DNA of 64,000 nt, taken from NCBI GenBank assembly GCA_965228735.1, contig OZ245838.1, positions 192,001 to 256,000 of the forward strand, in the 5' to 3' direction. Below are positions 27,853 to 40,395 of this stretch, in pieces. The notes under the pieces were generated by a model. The model searched no databases. It was given only the letters and a program-made list of their open reading frames with translations, and was not told the DNA's origin. How positions within the stretch are numbered: the first letter of the stretch is position 1; each line of letters opens with the position of its first letter. The translations under genes and the position numbers were made by a program. This DNA comes from Planctomycetota bacterium (lineage in GTDB: Bacteria; Planctomycetota; UBA1135; UBA2386).

Positions 27853-28539
27853 ATGGCTGCCGAACGTCTCCTGCAGTCCGAACTGCAATCCGGACTCCTG
27901 CAGTCCCTCCGCGTCGCGACCGCGATCCGGCCGGCGAGCCGTTTGCCGGTGGCGGGAGATGCGACTGCAGGAATCGCATTGGCGCCGGATCGGCTGACTC
28001 TGGTGGATCTGGCCGGTCGACTCGCCGAACTCAGTGGCGCCGCGGCGGGGCAGCTCAGTATCGCGGTCGGACTCGTGCAGGAAGCGCAGCGCAGCGGCGA
28101 GCCCGTGGCGTGGATCCACTCGACGGCCGCGCCGCCGTATCCGCCGGACCTCGCGCAGCGCGCGGTCGACCTCGAGGCGCTCGCGATGGTGCGGGTCAGA
28201 AACGAACGCGCGATGCTGCGGGCCGCGGATCAGTTGCTGCGGTCCGGCGCGTTCGGTCTCGTGATCCTCGACTACCTCGAACGGTCGCGGGCGCCGCTGT
28301 CGGTGCAGGTGCGACTGACGGGGCTGTGCCGGCAGCACGAGTGCACGTTGCTCTGCCTCGGACCGGAGCCCGCGTTCCCGATGGCGTCGCTGCGGGCGCA
28401 CGTCGATCGGCGGCGGTGCGAGGGCGATTCCCGCGGTGGCAGTCAGTTCGCCTGCGCGGTCCAGGTCGAGAAGGACAAGCGGCGTGGTCACGCGTGGCAC
28501 TTCGAACAGTGCTTCGACGGGCCGGTTGGCCTGAGTTGA
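27853..28539 (+). CDS. imuA: ImuA (RecA-like, degenerate Walker A)
   Basis: GGAGG SD; GRLAELSG, PVAWI, YPPDLA, AADQLLRSGAFGLVILD; first gene before imuB-dnaE2. Confidence 0.85.
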   Translation: MAAERLLQSELQSGLLQSLRVATAIRPASRLPVAGDATAGIALAPDRLTLVDLAGRLAELSGAAAGQLSIAVGLVQEAQRSGEPVAWIHSTAAPPYPPDLAQRAVDLEALAMVRVRNERAMLRAADQLLRSGAFGLVILDYLERSRAPLSVQVRLTGLCRQHECTLLCLGPEPAFPMASLRAHVDRRRCEGDSRGGSQFACAVQVEKDKRRGHAWHFEQCFDGPVGLS

Positions 28540-28568
28540 TGGTGGCCTGAATCGATGGTGGATCGGCA

Positions 28569-30296
28569 GTGAACCGATGGGCGTGTGTCGACCTGGCGGC
28601 GTTGCCGCTGCAGCTCGTGCTGCGGCAGCAGCCCGACTGGCGCGGGCATCCGACGGCGGTGGTCGCCGAGGACAAGCCGCAGGGCACGGTCATGTGGATC
28701 AACCGGTGCGCGCACGCCGCGCGCATCCGCACCGGCATGCGCTACGCCGAGGCGCTGTCGCTCGTGCCGACGCTGCGCGCGAGCGTCGTGTCGGAGGGCG
28801 AGCTCGCAGCGGCGGTCACGGAGATCACCGAGTTGCTGCGACAGTTCTCGCCCGCGGTCGAGGCGAGCGGCTGGCGCGGCGAACCCGGGGTGTTCTGGCT
28901 CGACGCGTCCGGCTTCGAGCGGCTGCAGCCATCGTTGCTCGACTGGGCGCAGCAGATCGAGCGCGCGCTGCGGGAAGCGACGCTGCAGTCGACGGTCGTC
29001 GTCGGCTTCGACCGCTTCAGCACCTACGCGCTCGCGCGGCAGCTGTCGTTCGGCGCGGCTGCCAGCGCCTCGAGGGCCGGCACTGCGAAGGCTGCCGGCT
29101 CGAAGGCCGCTGGTTCGAAGGCCGCTGGGTCGACGGCGAAGGCAACCAGCGGATACGCGATCGCGTTCGAGTCCGTCGCCGAAGAACGCCGGCGTTCGGA
29201 CACGGTGTCGCTCGATCTGCTCGACCTCGATCCGCGGTTTCGCGATCGGCTCGCGCAACTCGGGATTGACGACGTCGCCGGGGTGCGGCGGCTGCCGGCC
29301 GGCGCGCTGATGGAGCGCTTCGGCAAGGAGAGCTTCGAGCTGCGCCGACTGATGACGGGTGATCAGCGCGCGCCACTGTCGCCGGTCGCTCAGGTCGAGG
29401 CCGTGCGCGACGAGTTCGAGGTCGACCCCGAGCAACCGCAGGTCGATCGCCAGGCGCTGCTGTTCCTCGTCAAGCAGAGCCTCGGCGAGCTCGAGCAGCA
29501 GCTGCGCCGGCGCGGGGAGGTGTTTGCCGCGCTGCAGCTGCGGTGCGAGCTCGACGACGGCCATCCCGAGCACGTCGAACGGATCGAACCAGCAGCGCCG
29601 ACGCTCGACGCGGTGCAGCTCACTGATCTGGTGCGGCTGCGGCTCGAGCCCGTGACGTTCCCGGCACCGCTCGTCGGGTTCGAGCTCACGGCCGAGACCG
29701 CGGCGCCCGAACGGCAGCAGGGCGAGCTGTTCGCCGAGCGATCACAGCGCGATCTGGCGGCCGCGAACCGAGCGCTCGCGCGGTTGCGCGCGGAGTTCGG
29801 GGAGAGCGCGGTGCAGCACGCGGCGCTGCACGACGGGCACCTGCCGGAAGCGCGGTTCGTCTGGCGCGAGCTGCGGCGACTCGTGCGGCTGCCCGTGGTC
29901 GATGACGTGCGCGAGCGGAGCGCTGCGGCGAGCCGCGATGCGGACGGCAGCAGGGATGGCGACGGCTACGGCAGTTCGTGGCAGGGAATGGTCGTGGGGG
30001 AACGCGCCGCAGAACGCGAGGATGTCGGCGCGGGCGGGCCGCAGCTCGTGCGCCGACTGCTGCGCGAACCGATGCCGTTGTCGAGCGCCAAGGATCCGAC
30101 CGACGGCTGGTATCTCGGCGGGCTCAGCGGCGGGCCGGTGCAGCAGCTGTGGGGGCCGTTCACGATCTCCGGCGGTTGGTGGCGCCGCACGCAGCATCGC
30201 GACTACTACTTCGTCGAGACGCGGCGCGGCGATCTGCTCTGGGTGTATCACGACCGCACGCGGCGGCGGTGGTTTCTGCACGGCGTCGTGGAGTGA
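28569..30296 (+). CDS. imuB: ImuB (inactive Y-family polymerase)
   Basis: GMRYAEALSLVP, FSPAVE, QGELF clamp-binding-like motif, C-terminal GGWW...RDYY...LWVY...WFLHG. Confidence 0.88.
   Translation: MNRWACVDLAALPLQLVLRQQPDWRGHPTAVVAEDKPQGTVMWINRCAHAARIRTGMRYAEALSLVPTLRASVVSEGELAAAVTEITELLRQFSPAVEASGWRGEPGVFWLDASGFERLQPSLLDWAQQIERALREATLQSTVVVGFDRFSTYALARQLSFGAAASASRAGTAKAAGSKAAGSKAAGSTAKATSGYAIAFESVAEERRRSDTVSLDLLDLDPRFRDRLAQLGIDDVAGVRRLPAGALMERFGKESFELRRLMTGDQRAPLSPVAQVEAVRDEFEVDPEQPQVDRQALLFLVKQSLGELEQQLRRRGEVFAALQLRCELDDGHPEHVERIEPAAPTLDAVQLTDLVRLRLEPVTFPAPLVGFELTAETAAPERQQGELFAERSQRDLAAANRALARLRAEFGESAVQHAALHDGHLPEARFVWRELRRLVRLPVVDDVRERSAAASRDADGSRDGDGYGSSWQGMVVGERAAEREDVGAGGPQLVRRLLREPMPLSSAKDPTDGWYLGGLSGGPVQQLWGPFTISGGWWRRTQHRDYYFVETRRGDLLWVYHDRTRRRWFLHGVVE
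29088..29132 (+). repeat. 15-bp tandem repeat x3 encoding KAAGS within imuB
   Basis: AAGGCTGCCGGCTCG / AAGGCCGCTGGTTCG / AAGGCCGCTGGGTCG. Confidence 0.85.
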
Positions 30297-30299
30297 GGC

Positions 30300-33413
<3,114 letters not shown>

Positions 33414-33429
33414 CTGCCGCGCCGGCCCC

Positions 33430-33457
33430 GTGAACATACCGGGTTCGGTATGTTCAC
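33430..33457. terminator. Perfect 12-bp inverted repeat between convergent genes
   Basis: GTGAACATACCG-GGTT-CGGTATGTTCAC. Confidence 0.6.
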
Positions 33458-33464
33458 ACCTCCC

Positions 33465-34457
33465 TCAGGCGAGGGGGAGGTCGGTGTGGGCTCGGCACAT
33501 GGCGTCGTGGGTGTCGCGGATCTCGGCGCAGCGCGGGTCGGTCGGGCCGTCGCCGAGTTCGGTGAGGAAGCGGCAGGCGGCGTAGCCCTGGGCCTTGGCC
33601 TCGTAGCGCTCGATCCACTCCTCGCGTTCGTCGAGGCGTTCGAACGGGACGGGCCAGACCGTGCGCGGGACCATCGCGGGTTGGTCGATGCGCCACGGTT
33701 TGGCGCTCACGCGGGTGCGGAAGCAGGCCTGGAGTCGGCAGATACGGGCGTAGTCCGCGTCGCAGTCGAAGTCGCGGAAGAGCTCGGCGGCCTCGTCTCC
33801 GGTGGGATCGATCGTCGTGTGCAGCGCAAGCAGGCGGAAGCCGTTGGGCGTCTCGTAGAGCGCGAAGCGCGAACGTGGGTGTCTGGCGACGGTGCTCGCG
33901 ATGCGGCTATGCACGCGTTCGCGGTGGGCGCGCACGTTCTTCTCGCGGCGGCGGCTGACGCCGAGCCAGATCGTGTAGACGATCAGCGCAACGGGGATCA
34001 GGACGAGCGTGCCGCAGCCGAGCACGTACTCGCCGTCCTTGAAGGACATGATCGCAGTGGCCAGGCCGGCAGCGACCAGGAGGGCGCCGACCCACGACGA
34101 GGCCTGCTCCGCCACGGGCCCGAGTCTGGGCGACAGGTCGACGTCGCCGAACCACACGTCCGGTTCGTTGAGGCAGCGCGCGCCGTAGCGGTTGCGCGTC
34201 ACGACGGCGCCGTCGTTGCGGGCGATGACCTCCTCGCGGATGGGCACGCCCTCCTCGCCGTACGGCTTCTTGCGCTCGCGAGCAGGTACCTTCTTGCCGG
34301 CCTGCGCCGCGTCGAACGCCGCGGACGCGCGCCGCTGCGCGGTCTCGCTGGCCTCCGTCATGCTCGTCTCGGACCAGCCCCAGCGGCGGATCGTGCGCTG
34401 CCGGCCGCGGATCTTGCCAGTGACTTTGGCCTCGGCCCAATGCTCGGGGATCAGCAT
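33465..34457 (-). CDS. Hypothetical protein with two central TM segments
   Basis: Coding-like ORF: RRWGWS, VTRNRYGARCLN, LYETPNGFRLL, FRTRVSAKPWR, HDAMC...LPLA. Confidence 0.75.
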   Translation of the reverse strand: MLIPEHWAEAKVTGKIRGRQRTIRRWGWSETSMTEASETAQRRASAAFDAAQAGKKVPARERKKPYGEEGVPIREEVIARNDGAVVTRNRYGARCLNEPDVWFGDVDLSPRLGPVAEQASSWVGALLVAAGLATAIMSFKDGEYVLGCGTLVLIPVALIVYTIWLGVSRRREKNVRAHRERVHSRIASTVARHPRSRFALYETPNGFRLLALHTTIDPTGDEAAELFRDFDCDADYARICRLQACFRTRVSAKPWRIDQPAMVPRTVWPVPFERLDEREEWIERYEAKAQGYAACRFLTELGDGPTDPRCAEIRDTHDAMCRAHTDLPLA

Positions 34458-34511
34458 CGTTCAGCAGTGAGTATGACGGTCGGCTCGGTCGATGCCATAA
34501 GCTCGCGGTCC

Positions 34512-35597
34512 ATGGTGCGAGCGTGCGTGTTTCTCGTAGTGGCCGGGTGCGCCGGTGGGCCTGTCGCGATGCCGGAGACCTTGCCCGACACTCGCGTCAG
34601 CGCCAGTCGCGCGCGGGCGAACGAGCTCGGCATCCACATCGGCGAGCACCCGGCGGGGCAGCACGATGCGATCACCGATGTCACGGGGGTGCGCGTCGGT
34701 CACGCGACGATCCATGCGGGCGAACGCTTCCACACGGGCGTCACGGTGATCCTGCCGCCCGGCGACAACGCGTTCCGTCACAAGCGCAACGCCGCGCTCG
34801 CGGTGCAGAACGGCTACGGCAAGCTCGTCGGCGCGACCCAGCTCACGGAGCTCGGCGAACTCGAGAGTCCGATCGCGCTGACCGGCACGCTCAACGTGCA
34901 TCGGGTCGCCGATGGCCTGCTCGACTGGCTGCTCGAGCGGCCGGGGAACGAACGCGTGCGGTCGATGAACGTCGTCGTCGGGGAGACCAACGACGGCGGC
35001 CTGTCGGACATCCGCGCGCGGCCGGTCGGGGCGGATCACGTGCGCTCCGCGATCGCGAGTGCGACGGCCGGCGCGTTCGCGGTGGGGGCGGTCGGCGCGG
35101 GTGCTGGCACCCGCTGCTTCGGGTTCAAGGGCGGGATCGGGACCGCGTCACGGCTCGTCGACGGCGTCACGGTCGGCGTGCTCGTCCAGACCAACTTCGG
35201 CGGGCGATTGCGGGCCCCGCGCGGCGCCGAGCCGGCGGGAGTCGACCACGACGGCTCGTGCATGATCGTGATCGCCACCGATGCACCGCTGGATCAGCGG
35301 GCGCTCGAGCGGCTGGCACGGCGGTCGTTCGCCGGCATGGCGCGGTCGGGTGCGTCCTTCAGCAACGGCAGCGGGGACTACGCGATCGCGTTCTCGACCG
35401 CGGACCGCGACGCGACCTCGCGCCGCGGCAGCAAGCTGTCGCCGCTGTTCGTCGCGGTCGCGGACGCCACCGAACAGGCGATCTACGACTCGCTCGCGGC
35501 GGCCGAGACCACGACGGGCCAGGGGCGCACCGCGCATGCGATCCCGCTGCAGCGATTGCGTGCGCTCGCCCGTCCGGCCTCCGGGCAGTCGCGATGA
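34512..35597 (+). CDS. DmpA / peptidase S58 (P1) family aminopeptidase
   Basis: AITDVTGVRVGH, NGYGK, GETNDG, GFKGGIGTASR, NGSGD autoprocessing site. Confidence 0.9.
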   Translation: MVRACVFLVVAGCAGGPVAMPETLPDTRVSASRARANELGIHIGEHPAGQHDAITDVTGVRVGHATIHAGERFHTGVTVILPPGDNAFRHKRNAALAVQNGYGKLVGATQLTELGELESPIALTGTLNVHRVADGLLDWLLERPGNERVRSMNVVVGETNDGGLSDIRARPVGADHVRSAIASATAGAFAVGAVGAGAGTRCFGFKGGIGTASRLVDGVTVGVLVQTNFGGRLRAPRGAEPAGVDHDGSCMIVIATDAPLDQRALERLARRSFAGMARSGASFSNGSGDYAIAFSTADRDATSRRGSKLSPLFVAVADATEQAIYDSLAAAETTTGQGRTAHAIPLQRLRALARPASGQSR

Positions 35598-36085
35598 AGC
35601 GCAGCAAGCCGCCGCTGCCGGACCCGCCAAAGGTCGCGGCCGTCGTGTTCGACGGCTCCAACGTCCTCGCGAGCAACGGGCGCGGCGGGCTCGAACGCAT
35701 CGACGCCGCGCTCTCGTGGTGCGGCGACCGCTGGCCCGGGCTGCCTCGGATGGTGTTTCTCGACGCCGCGACCGCGCGGCGGCTGCGGCCGGCGGCGCAG
35801 GACGTGTTGCGCGCGCGCTGCGCCGATGTCACGCCGGAACGGGCCCGCTGGGCCGTCGCGCCGCCGGAGGAGGAGGCCGACGTGCACGTGCTCGAGTTCG
35901 CGCGCGAGCACCGGGCGCTCGTGATCTCCAACGACCGCTTCTTCGATCACGAGGAGCTGCGGCTCGGCGCGATCACGCTGCAGTTCCGGTTCGCCGGCGG
36001 CGCATTCGCGCCGTACGACGAGGCGACGTGGTTCCGGCCGTCAGGCGGCGCCCAGCGGGTCGCGGTCTCGGACCTTGTTGTGTGA
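35594..36085 (+). CDS. NYN/PIN-domain ribonuclease (Zc3h12a/Regnase-like)
   Basis: VFDGSNV, FLDA, ADVHVLEFA, VISNDRF acidic active-site pattern; ATGA overlap with the peptidase gene. Confidence 0.7.
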   Translation: MKRSKPPLPDPPKVAAVVFDGSNVLASNGRGGLERIDAALSWCGDRWPGLPRMVFLDAATARRLRPAAQDVLRARCADVTPERARWAVAPPEEEADVHVLEFAREHRALVISNDRFFDHEELRLGAITLQFRFAGGAFAPYDEATWFRPSGGAQRVAVSDLVV

Positions 36086-37303
36086 GCCGAGGAACAGGGC
36101 CGCGGTCACGATCCCGGTCACGCCGCACGCCGCCCATAGCGCCGCGTCGCCGAACTCGTCGTAGGCCCAGCCGCCCGCGATCGGCGCGACGACGAGCGAC
36201 AGCGCGAAGCTCATGCCGTAGGCGCCGTTGTAGGAACCGCGCCGCTCGGGCGGGGCGTAGTCGTTGATGTAGGCCCCGAGCAGGGCCATCTGCAGCACCT
36301 CGCCGACCGTGACGACGAGCAGGGCAGCGACGATGGCGAACGCGCCGAGCGGCAGGAGGAAGCAGAAGAAGCCGGCGCCGATCAGCGCCGAGCCGATCGC
36401 GACGATCGGCAGCGCGGGGCGGTTGCGCAGCAGGTGCACGATCGGCATCTCCGTCAGCGCGATGAGCACGGGGTTGATCGCGAGGAGCCAGAAGATCGCG
36501 CCCTCGCCGTAGCCGTATTCGACCTTGAGGATGCGCGGCCCCGTCGTGAAGTACTGCATGAACGCCGTGATCACGACGAAGTTGACGACCATGAGCCACA
36601 CGAAGTGCGGGTCCCGGAACGGCCCGAGGGACGGCGGTGCAGACTGGGGCGGAGCGTTGGGGCCGGACGGCTTTGCGGGATCCGTCGACGCCGCGATCTT
36701 CTCGCTGTAGGTCCACGGCGTGAACCCGCGCAGGAACACGAACAGGAACACGCACGCGAGCAGGCACGTGCCGCCATCAGTATAGAAGATCGCGTTGGGG
36801 TCGAAGTACTCGAACAGGTTGCCGCCGACCGTCGGCCCGACGGCCCAGCCCGCGTTCATCATCAGGCGGTTGAGCGACAGCGCCTTGCGTCGCAACTCGG
36901 GGGGCACGCTCGTCGCGACGGCGGTGATGCTGCCCGGCCGGAACGCGTCGTTGATCACGCCGAGGACGAAGACCGCGGCGGCCAGCACGATCGGGTCGGT
37001 GATCAGCGTCATCAGCAGCAGCCACACGCCGGCCGCGCCGAGCGTCGCGTACTGCACCCGCACGCACCCGAGCCGGTCGGCGAGCCGACCGCCGATCATG
37101 CTGCCGAAGACCGATCCGACGCCGTAGAGCGTCACGACGGCGCCGGCCTCGGTCGCCGTGTAGCCCCACTTCTCGAGCAGATACAGGTTGAGCAGTGGCA
37201 ACACCATCGACCCGCAGCGATTGATGAACGCCGCGAGGCAGAGCAGCCACGTCGTTGCCGGCAGCCCGCTGAACGAGTCGCGGTAGAGCCGGAACAGCAT
37301 CAT
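36041..37303 (-). CDS. MFS transporter
   Basis: FINRCGSMV, GGRLADRLG, about 12 TM segments. Confidence 0.88.
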   Translation of the reverse strand: MMLFRLYRDSFSGLPATTWLLCLAAFINRCGSMVLPLLNLYLLEKWGYTATEAGAVVTLYGVGSVFGSMIGGRLADRLGCVRVQYATLGAAGVWLLLMTLITDPIVLAAAVFVLGVINDAFRPGSITAVATSVPPELRRKALSLNRLMMNAGWAVGPTVGGNLFEYFDPNAIFYTDGGTCLLACVFLFVFLRGFTPWTYSEKIAASTDPAKPSGPNAPPQSAPPSLGPFRDPHFVWLMVVNFVVITAFMQYFTTGPRILKVEYGYGEGAIFWLLAINPVLIALTEMPIVHLLRNRPALPIVAIGSALIGAGFFCFLLPLGAFAIVAALLVVTVGEVLQMALLGAYINDYAPPERRGSYNGAYGMSFALSLVVAPIAGGWAYDEFGDAALWAACGVTGIVTAALFLGSHNKVRDRDPLGAA

Positions 37304-37315
37304 GGACCGACGGAA

Positions 37316-38485
37316 CTACCCGCGCCGGAGCGCCTGGGTCGGCGTCATGCGGGCCGCGCGCAGGGCCGGCCACGCACCGCCGACGAGGCCGAGCATGACC
37401 GCGAAGATCACAGCCACGAGCATCGTCATCGGCGTCGTCTGGAACGCGAACGAGACCTCGGTGAACGTCGCGAAGTTGGTCGTGCCGGTCTGCATCCCGT
37501 TGAGCGGCAGCACGAGCAGGACGCCCGCGATGCCGCCGAGCAGGCCGAGCAGCGCGGCCTCGAGCTGGAATGCGACGAACACGGCCCACGGCCGGAAGCC
37601 GGTTGCGAGCAGGATGCCGATCTCGTGCGTGCGGGACGCGATCGCGGACAGCATCGCGTTGATGCCGGTGAACACCGCCGCGATGCCCATGATGATCGAC
37701 AGGAACCCGCCGATGAAGAACAGCAGCCCGCTGAGTGCGCCGGTCTGGCTCTCGAGGTACTCGCGTTCGGTCAGGACCTTGGCGGGGATGCGTTGGTCCG
37801 TTTCGAGCCGGGTCTTGAGGGCCTCGATGTCGGCGCCCGGGGCGAGCTGCGCGATGATTCGGCTGTAGTGCTGCGTCTCGAGCGCGGCCTGCATGCGGTC
37901 GACGTCGCCCCAGATCTCGGTCGCGTAGGCGCCCGTCGACTCGAACACCCCGACGACGCGGAACGGCGTGACGTTGATCGTCAGCGTGTCACCGATCTGG
38001 GCGTTCTGCATCCGCTCCGACACCGCGCGCCCGACGATCACCTCGTCCGTCCCCGGCTCGAGCTGGCGTCCTTCGAGCACTCGGAACGACTCGCCGTGGA
38101 TGGTGAACGTGTTCGGCATGACGCCGCGCAACGGCACGTTGGTCTCGCCGCCGTCGAGGCGCGGCAGCAGGGCCGCGAGGAACGTCTCGCCGGCCGCGAT
38201 CGGCTTGCCGGCCGTGTCCGTGGCGAACTCCGGGATCTCCTTGAGTGCGATCTGAGCGCGGTCACGGTCGAAGCCGCTCTCGCCCTCGGACGTGGCGCCC
38301 GGGCGCAGCATGATGACCATGTCGTCGCGCCCGCCACCCGCGAACATGCGTTCGAAGCCGGCCTGCAGACTCAGGACGCCGGCGAGCACCGCGACGGTCG
38401 CGGCGATGGACAGCACCGTGAGCCAGGTGTTCCCGGAACGGGCGACGAGGCTGCGGAAGTTGTAGGTCAGGGGGACGAGCGCCAT
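37316..38485 (-). CDS. ABC transporter permease (MacB/FtsX family)
   Basis: YNFRSL, RTHEIGILLATGF, PALRAARM..TQALR. Confidence 0.9.
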   Translation of the reverse strand: MALVPLTYNFRSLVARSGNTWLTVLSIAATVAVLAGVLSLQAGFERMFAGGGRDDMVIMLRPGATSEGESGFDRDRAQIALKEIPEFATDTAGKPIAAGETFLAALLPRLDGGETNVPLRGVMPNTFTIHGESFRVLEGRQLEPGTDEVIVGRAVSERMQNAQIGDTLTINVTPFRVVGVFESTGAYATEIWGDVDRMQAALETQHYSRIIAQLAPGADIEALKTRLETDQRIPAKVLTEREYLESQTGALSGLLFFIGGFLSIIMGIAAVFTGINAMLSAIASRTHEIGILLATGFRPWAVFVAFQLEAALLGLLGGIAGVLLVLPLNGMQTGTTNFATFTEVSFAFQTTPMTMLVAVIFAVMLGLVGGAWPALRAARMTPTQALRRG

Positions 38486-38486
38486 G

Positions 38487-39653
38487 TCAGGCCTCCGACC
38501 GCAGTGCGGTCACGGGGTCGAGGCGGCGAGCGCGCCACGCGGGGAGCAGACCGGCGACGACGCCGAGCCCGACGGCCAGCAGTAGCCCTTGCACGATGAC
38601 GGCCGTCTTGATCTGAAAGCCCGGGATGAACGCCGAGAAGAACGACCACAGCGGGCGTTCGGCCACGGTCGTGAGCAGCACGCCGATGCTGCCGCCGGCG
38701 ACACACAGAGCCAGCGCTTCGGCGACGAGCAGCAGGGAGATCTTGCCGTTGGAGAAGCCGAGGGACTTCAGGATGCCGATGTCACGCGTCCGTTCGCGCG
38801 CGGCCATCAGCATGGTGTTGAGCACGGCGAAGAAGATGGCGAACAGCACGCCGCCTCCGATGCTGTAGAGTAGCGTCGGCACGCTGCCGAGCATCGAGAT
38901 GAACTGGCGCTGGAACTCGCCTTCGGTCGTCGCGCGTACGCGCTGGGGGCCGTTGGCGAACAGCTCCTCGATTCCCGCGATGGTCATGTCGACGTTGGCG
39001 TCGTCCTCGAGTCGGGTGAGGAACACTCCGACCCCGCCGGGGCCGCCCGCGATGCCCGTGTCCATCGACTCGTAGAGATAGTCGTAATGGAAGAACATCG
39101 TCTGTTGATCGATGCTCGTCGAGTTCGACTCGTAGATGCCGGCGATGTTGAAGTCCCACGCGGAGCCGTCGGTCTTGGGGAAGATGGTGCCCTTCAGCGG
39201 CACCCGGTCACCGACCTTCCAGCCGAAGCGCTCGGCGAGGTCCGTGCCGAGAATGCAGTTCGTACGGGCCTCGCACCACTGGTCGAGCGAGCCTTCGACG
39301 ATCTCGAGTTCGGGGTAGCTCGCGTGCCATTTGCGGGCGTCGACCGCGAACTGGCCGAAGAAGTTGGAGGGGTCCTGATAGACGCCGCCGAACCACTGGA
39401 ATCGGATGACCTCCTCGACGCCGGCGACCGACTTGATCTTCGACTCGTAGCTGTCCGGCAGGTTGACGAACAGGCTGACGGCCGATTGCACCCAGAGGCG
39501 CGTGCGAGACGCGCTCGAGACGGCGGTGTCGAGGCCGGCGATCGCCGCGTCGAGAACGCACATCAGGAACACCGCGATCATCACGGACAGCGTCGTGAGC
39601 ACCGTCCGGATCGGGTGCGCGAACATGTTGCGGAGCAGCAGCCGGAACGGCAT
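38487..39653 (-). CDS. ABC transporter permease (MacB/FtsX family)
   Basis: WFGGVYQD, NTMLMAARERTRDIGILKSLGF, PAWRARRL..VTALR. Confidence 0.9.
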   Translation of the reverse strand: MPFRLLLRNMFAHPIRTVLTTLSVMIAVFLMCVLDAAIAGLDTAVSSASRTRLWVQSAVSLFVNLPDSYESKIKSVAGVEEVIRFQWFGGVYQDPSNFFGQFAVDARKWHASYPELEIVEGSLDQWCEARTNCILGTDLAERFGWKVGDRVPLKGTIFPKTDGSAWDFNIAGIYESNSTSIDQQTMFFHYDYLYESMDTGIAGGPGGVGVFLTRLEDDANVDMTIAGIEELFANGPQRVRATTEGEFQRQFISMLGSVPTLLYSIGGGVLFAIFFAVLNTMLMAARERTRDIGILKSLGFSNGKISLLLVAEALALCVAGGSIGVLLTTVAERPLWSFFSAFIPGFQIKTAVIVQGLLLAVGLGVVAGLLPAWRARRLDPVTALRSEA

Positions 39654-39656
39654 CGC

Positions 39657-40379
39657 TCAGCTCCCGGCGGCGCCGGTCGTGGCGCTGCGCTGCCGATTGT
39701 CCTCGATGCGACCGAGTTTGCCCTTGTCGAGGTGGATCGTCTTGTTCGCGTAGCTCGCGGCCTGCGGATCGTGCGTGACCATGAGGATGGTCTTTTGCAG
39801 TTCCTGGTTGAGGCGCGACAGCAGCTCGAGCACGGCGTCCGCGGTGTCGCGATCGAGGTCCCCGGTCGGTTCGTCCGCGAGGATGACCTGCGGGTCACAC
39901 GCGATCGCGCGGGCGATCGCGACGCGCTGCTCCTGGCCGCCCGACAGCTCCTTCGGCTTGTGGCCCATGCGGTCGCCCAGCCCGACGAGCTCGAGCGCGC
40001 GTTCGGCCTGCTCGCGGCGCTGCTTGCCCGAGAGCGGCGCCAGCAGCAGTGGCAGCTCGACGTTCTCGCGCGCCGACAGCACGGGCAGCAGGTTGAAGCC
40101 CTGGAACACGAACCCGACGTTCTCCGCGCGCCACTGCGCGAGGTCGGAGCCCTCGAGCTCGTCGAGGTTGGTGTCGCCGACGATGAGGTCGCCCGAGTCG
40201 GCGCGGTCGAGACCGCCGACGAGGTTGAGCAGCGTCGTCTTGCCCGAACCCGACGGCCCCATGAGCGCGTAGAACGTGCCACCCGCCATCTCGAGCTCGA
40301 GCTCGTCGAGGACGCGCAGCGTCTCGCCGCCGCGGGTGTAGGTCTTGGTGACGGAACGAATGTCGATGGCGGTGGCCAT
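39657..40379 (-). CDS. ABC transporter ATP-binding protein
   Basis: [33 protein letters not shown]. Confidence 0.95.
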   Translation of the reverse strand: MATAIDIRSVTKTYTRGGETLRVLDELELEMAGGTFYALMGPSGSGKTTLLNLVGGLDRADSGDLIVGDTNLDELEGSDLAQWRAENVGFVFQGFNLLPVLSARENVELPLLLAPLSGKQRREQAERALELVGLGDRMGHKPKELSGGQEQRVAIARAIACDPQVILADEPTGDLDRDTADAVLELLSRLNQELQKTILMVTHDPQAASYANKTIHLDKGKLGRIEDNRQRSATTGAAGS

Positions 40380-40395
40380 GGCAGGATGGTGTGGG

